Assembly (NCBI GenBank): GCA_001816835.1
Contig: MHDB01000020.1
Location: 23,523-64,607 of the forward strand
Direction: 5' to 3'
Source of the DNA: Candidatus Woykebacteria bacterium RIFCSPLOWO2_01_FULL_43_14
Lineage (GTDB): Bacteria; Patescibacteriota; Microgenomatia; Woykebacterales; 2-01-FULL-43-14
DNA: 41,085 bases
The position numbers were made by a program, and so were the translations under genes. This document shows, piece after piece, positions 1 to 6,807 of this stretch. The notes beneath the pieces are model-generated. The model was not told the origin of the DNA. It searched no databases and saw nothing but the letters and a program-made list of their open reading frames with translations. Each line of letters begins with the position of its first letter. Within the stretch, counting starts at the first letter, position 1.

Positions 1-520
1 TCAAACCCGCCAGTTCAGAAACACGCAGGCCAGTTGAAAATAACGTTTCCAGAATAGCTCGATCCCGAAGTCCCAATGGTTCTGAAGTATCAATCATAGA
101 CATAAGTTTTTCTAGCTGCTCGACGTTAAGAAAGGTAAGGCTGCGATCGCGCTCCTTACCAAGCTCGACTTGAGCACTACTCAACGCTGAAACATTTTCC
201 GAGGCTAAATAGTTTAAAAAGGCACGTATAGCAACCAAAAAGTAGTTCTGGGTGCTTCGCTTGAGCGGACCTTTAGTAGGATGGACCTTACCACTCAGAA
301 ACAAACGAAACTCGCGTACCATTTCTTTGGTAATTTGCCCGGGATCGGTAACTGGATGATTTTGGACAAGCCAGGCTGAGAAAGAGGAGAGGTAGTACTG
401 ATAAAGGCGAACCGTGCCTTTAGCCAGATTTTTGTCCAAGATACAATAATCGAGAAAGCGGCCAATATATTTTTCAAAGTTTGTGGAAATTTTTTTACTT
501 GGGTCCGTTGAGTTCGTCAT
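1..520 (-). CDS. Tyrosine recombinase/integrase, XerC/XerD-like (N-terminal part only; the gene runs off the left window edge)
   Basis: Absent from the ORF track because it has no stop in the window. Manual translation from ATG at 520-518 gives MTNSTDPSKKISTNFEKYIGRFLDYCILDKNLAKGTVRLYQYYLSSFSAWLVQ...QNYFLVAIRAFLNYL...LTFLNVEQLEKLM...LGLRDRAILETLFSTGLRVSELAGL. This is a SAM-like core-binding N-domain followed by the first catalytic box (Arg in GLRVSEL). Confidence 0.8.
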   Translation of the reverse strand, partial: MTNSTDPSKKISTNFEKYIGRFLDYCILDKNLAKGTVRLYQYYLSSFSAWLVQNHPVTDPGQITKEMVREFRLFLSGKVHPTKGPLKRSTQNYFLVAIRAFLNYLASENVSALSSAQVELGKERDRSLTFLNVEQLEKLMSMIDTSEPLGLRDRAILETLFSTGLRVSELAGL

Positions 521-1204
521 AGCAGAATAGAGCAGAGAATTGGTTTTCCTTAACGCGTCGTTAATTGATACTTTAGCGACGTCACAATAAGACTAGTCCA
601 TCTTCTTTAGACTGTCAATATAGATCTTCCTACGAAAGACTTAAATGCTATATCTAAGCACACACCGAGTAACTCTTATACTAAAGCAAGAAAAACTCAA
701 GATAGGCGGTTATCTATTCTCCACTTTGACTGGTCTACCAGCTGAAGCTAAACTTAAAGGCTCTGTAATGCCCTACAAGGCGCGATAAGCGGGAGGGACT
801 ACTTTGGATACCTTCAAAGAGGAATGGAAATAATCTATTAGGCCCGCTAAGGGGGATAAAGGAAGTTTAAAATTTTAATGGGTGACCTAAATTGGGAATT
901 TTGTATACGAAATTATAGAAAATTTTTGCACAAATTAATTAGTTACCAGCTGTCATAAAAGGGCCTGCGAGAAATTGTAGGTCTAATGCCTATAAGGCTG
1001 TTTAGTAATATTGTACGACATACTATATTTCCTACTCAGTTTCGCAAAAAGAGAGTGGTGGTTTTCACGGTATGAGTAACTGCAAGTAACAATTAAGTTG
1101 AGATAAGTAACATTATCGGAAGTAGAGCCGTCTTCTTCCCTATAGGACGTTGTCATCTAACATTCGGGTTTTGTTGGCTAGCACTCAAATACTACGCCTG
1201 CCAG

Positions 1205-1244
1205 TTATCCACAATGATATTGTCAATATTTCCACGCGTGGAAA
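1205..1244. promoter_or_regulatory. Stacked operator-like sites: consensus DnaA box plus two abutting palindromes
   Basis: TTATCCACA at 1205-1213. ATATTGtCAATAT (6+1+6 palindrome) at 1217-1229. TTTCCACGCGTGGAAA (16-nt perfect palindrome) at 1229-1244. A 2-mismatch DnaA-box-like gTTTTCACg lies at 1061-1069. Confidence 0.45.
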
Positions 1245-1335
1245 GTTCTCTCATCGCATTCCCGAATAAATAAACGTATCAAACCAGATCACTCTCCTCT
1301 CCCCTTTTTCTTAGTAGCAAACTTTTTCATCAGCA

Positions 1336-1364
1336 TTGTTTTAGGTAAAACATAAGGCTATAAT
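1336..1364 (+). promoter_or_regulatory. Sigma70-type promoter of the YibE/F operon
   Basis: TTGTTT (1336-1341), 17-nt spacer, TATAAT (1359-1364), then 12 nt containing GGAG before ATG at 1377. Confidence 0.5.
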
Positions 1365-1376
1365 ACATGGAGCCGT

Positions 1377-2504
1377 ATGGAAAAAATTGTTAAATTGTTC
1401 TCAGCTATCCTAGTTTCAGCTCTTTTGTTCTTATCCTTAGCCAATCCTAGCCTGGCTCAAGACACAATAGAAGCGCCCCAGGAAGAATTCATTAAGGCTA
1501 AGGTCTTGAGCATAATAGACCAAGGAGAAAGAGGTGTGGCGGGTATCAGTCGACCTTTCCAGATAGTCCAGGTTGAACTCCTTGAAGGTCCTGAAAAGAA
1601 CTCAGAAATCCAGATCGAACACGGCGTCAAACTCACCATAACATCAAACCAAATCGTTAACCCTAATGATTATGTCTTGGTACTAAAATCAACAGACAGC
1701 GAGTCTGGCTCCTCATACCAAATAGTCGATAAATACCGACTGGATACTGTTCTCGGTCTATTCGTTTTCTTCTTTATCCTCGTTTCCCTTTTTGGCCGCT
1801 GGCGCGGTGTTGGCTCTTTTCTCGGTCTAATCATAAGCCTTGTAATAATACTCAAGTTCATTGTTCCTCAAATTCTGGCTGGTCATGATCCTATAGTAAT
1901 AAGTCTCATCGGTGCCATGTTTATCGTGGTTTGTAACTTGTATCTTGCGCACGGGTTTAATAGACGCACCACATTGGCACTTATGGCTACCTTCCTCTCG
2001 CTAGGCCTAACCATGCTAGTCTCCTACCTATTCGCTGACTTAGCATATCTTAGTGGTTTGGGTAGCGACGAGGCTTACTCTTTGCGTTTTGGTCAAAGTG
2101 GGGGTATTAATTTCAAGGGTTTGCTGCTGGGTGGAATGATAATAGGCACCCTGGGAATACTTGATGACGTCACCACAACCCAAACAGCCGCTGTTTTGGA
2201 AATCCATCAGGCCAATTCTGCTCTGCATCTTAAAGATCTCATAAGGCGCGGTATGAATATAGGCCGTGAACATATATACTCCCTAGTCAACACTTTAGTA
2301 TTAGCTTATGCAGGGGCGTCACTCCCTATTTTTCTTATCATAATTCTAAATCCCACGAGCCAACCTATGTGGGTCATGCTTAACAGTGAGTACATTACTG
2401 AAGAGATTGTAAGGTCTCTAGCAGGAAGCATCGGTTTGCTTATGGCTGTACCAATTTCAACTATTCTCACTGCATATATGATTAAAAGGAGGAAGTTTTT
2501 GTGA
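1377..2504 (+). CDS. YibE/F family integral membrane protein
   Basis: N-terminal signal/anchor, a soluble beta-rich segment, then several TM helices. The motifs GILDDVTTTQ and REHIYSLVNTLVLAYAGASLP are typical of the YibE/F family. Confidence 0.75.
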   Translation: MEKIVKLFSAILVSALLFLSLANPSLAQDTIEAPQEEFIKAKVLSIIDQGERGVAGISRPFQIVQVELLEGPEKNSEIQIEHGVKLTITSNQIVNPNDYVLVLKSTDSESGSSYQIVDKYRLDTVLGLFVFFFILVSLFGRWRGVGSFLGLIISLVIILKFIVPQILAGHDPIVISLIGAMFIVVCNLYLAHGFNRRTTLALMATFLSLGLTMLVSYLFADLAYLSGLGSDEAYSLRFGQSGGINFKGLLLGGMIIGTLGILDDVTTTQTAAVLEIHQANSALHLKDLIRRGMNIGREHIYSLVNTLVLAYAGASLPIFLIIILNPTSQPMWVMLNSEYITEEIVRSLAGSIGLLMAVPISTILTAYMIKRRKFL

Positions 2505-2977
2505 ACAAAACTATTGTCGGTATCGGGGTATTTAGCGTGATTATTCTGATTGGTGGGGTAAGTTTGATGTCCCGCAATTCAACCACACCGCTGCCTCCAC
2601 ACCAGCAGTGTATCTCTCATGGAGGTATCTCCATGCACATCCATCCCAAACTCAGAATCGAGATCGCCGGAACTACCTTCCCCATCCCAACCAACATTGG
2701 AATAAATCCCAGCTGTATGATGTCCCTCCACACACATGATGACTCAGGGGTAATTCATGCGGAATACCCTACTAAGCGGGATTTCACTTTGGGTAACTTT
2801 TTTAGCAATTGGGGTAAAGATTTTTCCCAAAATCAAATCTTTGATAACTTTGTTGATGATACGCGTAGCTTAAGCATAACCGTCGATGGTCAGCCAAATT
2901 ATGATTTTGAGAATCTAGTTCTCAAAGATGACCAGGACATACTCATTAAATACGGTGAAAAGGTCATACCTTACTAA
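2501..2977 (+). CDS. Membrane-anchored His/Cys-rich hypothetical protein
   Basis: GTG start overlaps the upstream TGA (GTGA), with AGGAGGAAG 6 nt upstream. One N-terminal TM helix. Motifs CISHGGISMHIH and SLHTHDDSGVIH suggest metal binding. No family recognised. Confidence 0.6.
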   Translation: MNKTIVGIGVFSVIILIGGVSLMSRNSTTPLPPHQQCISHGGISMHIHPKLRIEIAGTTFPIPTNIGINPSCMMSLHTHDDSGVIHAEYPTKRDFTLGNFFSNWGKDFSQNQIFDNFVDDTRSLSITVDGQPNYDFENLVLKDDQDILIKYGEKVIPY

Positions 2978-3759
2978 CCACTTAGAACCACGATCAACAA
3001 AGCAAAGACGCTTAGACCAAGGAAAACATACTCCATAACTGTTCGTCTAGTCACGCTATCTTTTATTTTGTGCTGAACTAGACCTAAGCAGGTGTAAACA
3101 ACTGTGGTGAGTGCCAACCCCGCGCCGACCGGCGTTAAGGGCCAAAAACCAATGATGAAGCCGATTTGGGAGGTGAGGAGACTTGAAACTAAACTCCCTT
3201 GTAGTACCTCAGGACTCAAGTTCTCTTTCAGCTCAATCTGCCACAAAGCCTGTAAATAGATAAAAAATGAGATGACAAGAACCAAAAAACTCGACATAAA
3301 GACGCTCATGTGTGAATTGTATATTAGGAAAAATCCTAGAAACGACACCCCTAAAGTCGAGAGATAACCGACTGTCTGAGCAGCTCTTAAAAGCGGTATA
3401 TTTCTGACCTCTGATACGTTAAAAATATTCTGGGATAACTCAATAACATAATTAACCACGGCAAAGGCTAGCACAACTAGTAATTGCAACCAAAAACTAA
3501 TATCTGACTGAACGAGAAAGATCGCGACACTTGCTACCAGAAACACTGGTAGGACAAATAAGTTCACCAACTTAATTCCGTACAGATACTGCTTGAAACT
3601 CCAGGAGGTTAAGAAGTAGGACGTAATCGAGAGTAACAGGATGTAGAAATATACCCACCTATCCCCTATTAAAGGTGTCACAAGCAACAGCAAAGATAGC
3701 ACTAGGTTAGAGAAAATAATCCTAACTCTTTTGTTTTGAAACAATATCTGCGGAAACAT
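2974..3759 (-). CDS. Polytopic membrane protein, unknown function
   Basis: 261 aa, about 7-8 hydrophobic helices. The start overlaps the ruvC stop by 1 nt (ATGA-type coupling). Confidence 0.6.
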   Translation of the reverse strand: MFPQILFQNKRVRIIFSNLVLSLLLLVTPLIGDRWVYFYILLLSITSYFLTSWSFKQYLYGIKLVNLFVLPVFLVASVAIFLVQSDISFWLQLLVVLAFAVVNYVIELSQNIFNVSEVRNIPLLRAAQTVGYLSTLGVSFLGFFLIYNSHMSVFMSSFLVLVISFFIYLQALWQIELKENLSPEVLQGSLVSSLLTSQIGFIIGFWPLTPVGAGLALTTVVYTCLGLVQHKIKDSVTRRTVMEYVFLGLSVFALLIVVLSG

Positions 3760-4265
3760 TATTTGTTCCCTTCAGCTTCGAGTGAAACGTAACCATTTTG
3801 TTTGTAGATATGGCAAATTATCACTCCGAGAGCATCTGCAGCATCGTCTGGCTTAGGTATCTCTGATAATTTCAATGTGTTCTTAACTGCTTCCTGAACT
3901 TCCTTTTTCTTAGCTCTTCCGTAGCCTGTCATAAGACGTTTCACGGCTAGGCCTTGATACTCCTTAATCTGAATACCCGCCCTCGCTGCAGTTAGCAAAA
4001 CCACCCCCCTAGCCTGTCCAACCGACATAGCTGTTGTTGAATTGACGCCAAAAAAGAGCTGCTCAATGACTAGAAGGTCCGGTTTACGTTCAGTAATAAA
4101 GCACGAGACTTTATCGTAGAGCATCAGTAACCTTGCGGGCATTTCCATCTCCTTAGGTGTCTCAAAACAGCCGTAATCGAGAAGCTCTAGTTCTATTCCC
4201 TTTTCGTTATTTATCAAACCCCAACCTGTAGCAGCGGTTCCTGGGTCTATACCTAAAATAAGCAC
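3759..4265 (-). CDS. ruvC: Holliday junction resolvase RuvC
   Basis: MLILGIDPGTAATGWGLI... N-terminus and overall RuvC pattern, including the acidic catalytic residues (IEQLFF, DAADALG). Confidence 0.9.
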   Translation of the reverse strand: MLILGIDPGTAATGWGLINNEKGIELELLDYGCFETPKEMEMPARLLMLYDKVSCFITERKPDLLVIEQLFFGVNSTTAMSVGQARGVVLLTAARAGIQIKEYQGLAVKRLMTGYGRAKKKEVQEAVKNTLKLSEIPKPDDAADALGVIICHIYKQNGYVSLEAEGNK

Positions 4266-4266
4266 T

Positions 4267-5019
4267 CTAGACTATTGCCCTCTGCATTACATTTTCAGAA
4301 ATATCAAAATTGGCGTAAACTTTTTGAACATCTTCAAGGTCCTCAATCTTATCAACTAGATCCAAAACCTGCTTTGCCTTTCCCAAGTCTTCTAGTCGTA
4401 CAATATTAGTTTGTCTCTGGGTCAACTCAGATCTAGAAACCTGAAATCCGGAATTGAGCAGTTTCTGCTTTAGATTTTCTAACTCATTGGGTGAAGTATA
4501 GATCAATACGCGATCCCCAGCCTCCTCGGCATCGTGAGCTCCCAAATCAGCAGACACGAGCATAATATCATCGAAACTTCTATCTTCCTTTAACACTTCT
4601 ATTTCCCCCATTGGTTTAAACATCCAAGCAACAGAACCTACTCCTCCCAAAGACCCTCCTGCACGCTCTATCAAGCTTCTAAGGCTAGCTCCTGTCCTTT
4701 GTCGACTATCCGTTACTGTATCTACCATTAAAGCCACACCACAAGGGCCGTAAGCCTCGTAGGTAAGCTCCTCCAAGGGTTTGTCGTTTCCTTTACCGCT
4801 ACCTCGGTCTATGGCTCTATTAATATTGTCCTTGGGCATATTAGCCGCTCTTGCAGCTTCTATAGCTAGCCTAAGTTTGAAGTTAGAATCAGGGCTCTCG
4901 CCACCCTCTCGGACAACGACTGTAATTGCGTTACCCAGTTTGGTAAAAAGGTTACCTCTCTTGGCATCATTAGCTCCTTTTTGCCGTTTAATTGTACTCC
5001 ACTTACTATGCCCCGACAT
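4267..5019 (-). CDS. yebC: YebC/PmpR family DNA-binding transcriptional regulator
   Basis: MSGHSKWSTIKRQKGANDAKRGNLFTKL is the hallmark N-terminus. 250 aa. Confidence 0.92.
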   Translation of the reverse strand: MSGHSKWSTIKRQKGANDAKRGNLFTKLGNAITVVVREGGESPDSNFKLRLAIEAARAANMPKDNINRAIDRGSGKGNDKPLEELTYEAYGPCGVALMVDTVTDSRQRTGASLRSLIERAGGSLGGVGSVAWMFKPMGEIEVLKEDRSFDDIMLVSADLGAHDAEEAGDRVLIYTSPNELENLKQKLLNSGFQVSRSELTQRQTNIVRLEDLGKAKQVLDLVDKIEDLEDVQKVYANFDISENVMQRAIV

Positions 5020-5103
5020 ACCTCATAATTCTACCAATTTAAGGCTCAAAGATCAAAAGGCCAAACTTCACTCCATAAAGGTCTGCCCCACTAATGTCAA
5101 GTA

Positions 5104-5131
5104 TTGACAACCTACTCACAGCCCCTATACT
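5104..5131 (+). promoter_or_regulatory. Consensus-like promoter giving a leaderless mRNA for the TPR protein
   Basis: TTGACA (5104-5109), 16-nt spacer, TATACT (5126-5131), then 7 nt to ATG at 5139. Confidence 0.6.
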
Positions 5132-5138
5132 AAAAATC

Positions 5139-5975
5139 ATGGGTTCAGCAGAATTAGATCCCCTATCTAATAAAGCGGTTGAAGCTGCCTTAAACAATCA
5201 CTGGCCAGAGGCTATTGATTTTAACATGCTTCTCCTAAAGAAATACCCTAAAGATGTCGAGTCCTTGAATAGGCTGGCAAGAGCTTATCTTGAGTCTGGT
5301 AGGACCAGCAAGGCTAAATCAACCTACAAAGCAGTTCTAGGTATTGACCCGTACAACCCAATAGCCACCAAGAATGTCAAAAGAATCTCAGAGCTAAAGA
5401 GTAAAGGCATCACCCTCAATCCTACTGAAACCAGCAATACCACCACCTCTGTTTCCGACCTTTTTCTAGAAGAGCCCGGAACAACTAAAATCATTCAAGT
5501 CACTCAACTAAAATCGCCTAAAGCAAGCGCTAGTCTCCGAACAGCTGACCCGGTAGACCTCAAAAATAAATACAGCGCTACTTATGTTTATAACAGTAAA
5601 GGTAAAGAGGTCGGTGTGCTCGATTCGTTCTGGGGCAAAAAGGTTGCTTCAGCAATAAGGGAAGGTGCTAAATTTGAAGCTTATATCGTTTCTGCTGATC
5701 ATACCTCAGAGAATAAGATCAGTGTTTTTGTTAGAGAAACCTACCATCCGCCTAAACTAGAAAATGCTCCCACTTTTCCTATCGAAAAAACCGACGACTT
5801 CCATCCTTCAGTATCAGAGGAAGCTGTTAGTCTGATCACCTCGGAAAACGAGTTACCAGGATCCGATGAGGAAGAGTCTAACGAACATTCTACAGAAGGC
5901 GGTAAACACACTTCGCTTGAAAGCCTGGCTCAAAAAGAGCAAGACGCGCTCGACCATCTCGACGAAGAAAACTAA
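5139..5975 (+). CDS. TPR-repeat protein with an acidic C-terminal tail
   Basis: The track ORF is 5094..5975. The internal ATG at 5139 (MGSAELDP...) sits 7 nt after a -10 box. TPR-like helices (AIDFNMLLLKKYPKDVESLNRLARAYLESGRTSKAKSTYKAVLGIDPYNP) are followed by a beta-rich domain and a D/E-rich tail. Confidence 0.65.
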   Translation: MGSAELDPLSNKAVEAALNNHWPEAIDFNMLLLKKYPKDVESLNRLARAYLESGRTSKAKSTYKAVLGIDPYNPIATKNVKRISELKSKGITLNPTETSNTTTSVSDLFLEEPGTTKIIQVTQLKSPKASASLRTADPVDLKNKYSATYVYNSKGKEVGVLDSFWGKKVASAIREGAKFEAYIVSADHTSENKISVFVRETYHPPKLENAPTFPIEKTDDFHPSVSEEAVSLITSENELPGSDEEESNEHSTEGGKHTSLESLAQKEQDALDHLDEEN

Positions 5976-6008
5976 ATCAAAAATTTTACTAGCGAAGCTC
6001 GTCTTCGC
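5976..6008 (-). terminator. Intrinsic terminator of the ATPase operon
   Basis: On the minus strand, a GCGAAG-ACGAG-CTTCGC hairpin (6008-5992) overlaps the stop codon and is followed by a U-rich tract (GUAAAAUUUUUGA). Confidence 0.5.
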
Positions 6009-6798
6009 CCACAAGATCCGGCATTTTTACTTCCACTGGTTTTTCAACTTCTATCTTAAGTGGTTCAGGTTTCTTTGGTGAAGGCTCTGGTGAAATCTTA
6101 GGTTCTACTTTAACAGCCTTTACAACCGGTTGAGCTGGTTGTGTTTCTTTGGGCGCTGGTTTTGGAGCTTCCACTATTTTTTCCTTAGTCTTATCCTCAT
6201 GAAGCTCTTTCTTTTTATCATCTTCACTATTAGACTTGGTTGGCACGACCTCCTCGGCTTTACTTTTCCCAGCAACACTCTCTAGAGCTATGTAGCTAGC
6301 GATGAGATTTCCCGCCGGTAAGAAGGCTACCACCTCATCACCTACCTCAGCCTTAAAGTGCTCAATAGAAGCGCCTAGAACTTTGTAGCTCCCTTCGGGA
6401 GTAACCACCCGGAATTTACCCTCTTTTTTAGTAACCATGCCCGTGGTTCGGTATCTTTTGACATGCTCTATCTGTTTAAACCGCTTTTCGCCATTATCCT
6501 CAACCATTTTTAAGGTATCTCCTACGACCAGCATACATTTAGAAGCATAGTTTTGGGGAATGGGGTGCTTATCACCAGCTTCGGTCACCATACTCTCGCC
6601 GTCGAAGATTCCTACTATCCCCGGTTTTTCCTTTTCTACCTGTGGGCTTTCTATTTTCCTAATTGGCTGAGGCGAGTTTTTCGGTAATTCCCGAGAAGCG
6701 CTCCCTTGGTCAATCTCGGCCAAAAGCTGCTTTGCTTGTCTTATGCTCGATTCAGCCGCACTCAGAGCCTGATTTATAAGTTGGGTCTTGTTACTCAT
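5989..6798 (-). CDS. Hypothetical protein with a helical N-terminus, beta-rich core and K/E/P-rich tail
   Basis: 269 aa. AAGGAGGAA sits in the 9-nt gap after the ATPase stop, so the two genes are co-transcribed and coupled. No recognisable family. Confidence 0.6.
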   Translation of the reverse strand: MSNKTQLINQALSAAESSIRQAKQLLAEIDQGSASRELPKNSPQPIRKIESPQVEKEKPGIVGIFDGESMVTEAGDKHPIPQNYASKCMLVVGDTLKMVEDNGEKRFKQIEHVKRYRTTGMVTKKEGKFRVVTPEGSYKVLGASIEHFKAEVGDEVVAFLPAGNLIASYIALESVAGKSKAEEVVPTKSNSEDDKKKELHEDKTKEKIVEAPKPAPKETQPAQPVVKAVKVEPKISPEPSPKKPEPLKIEVEKPVEVKMPDLVGEDELR

Positions 6799-6807
6799 TC
6801 TTCCTCC

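Larger units (their letters stand above)
521..1376. other. 856-bp ORF-free intergenic region between the recombinase and the YibE/F gene
   Basis: The supplied track has no ORF of 60 aa or more in any frame between 478 and 1376. The region contains an AT-rich core (about 860-950), several hairpins and palindromes, and a DnaA-box-like cluster. Confidence 0.6.

Noticed and set aside
897-914. AATTTtGTATACgAAATT near-palindrome as a Xer dif site
   Set aside because: The central TGTATA/GTATAC resembles the dif spacer. The arms do not match the conserved ...CATAA / TTATG... dif arms, and the element is only 18 nt rather than 28 nt. I kept it only as part of the description of the 521-1376 region.
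1-1376. Integrated prophage or ICE anchored by the recombinase
   Set aside because: Only the N-terminal part of one tyrosine recombinase is visible. The sequence resembles XerC/D as much as a phage integrase. No phage, conjugation or cargo genes follow, and I found no att-like direct repeats. This cannot be supported from the window alone.
4781-5107. Antisense or shadow ORFs in the track
   Set aside because: Examples are 4781..5107, 7120..7554, 8756..9058, 10440..10676, 14774..15112, 27169..27627, 28181..28592, 29593..30142, 31257..31960, 32106..32465, 35098..35793, 36752..37145, 37399..37709 and 40524..40922. Each is fully nested opposite or out of frame to a gene with clear family motifs. 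Their translations are low-complexity and lack start signals.
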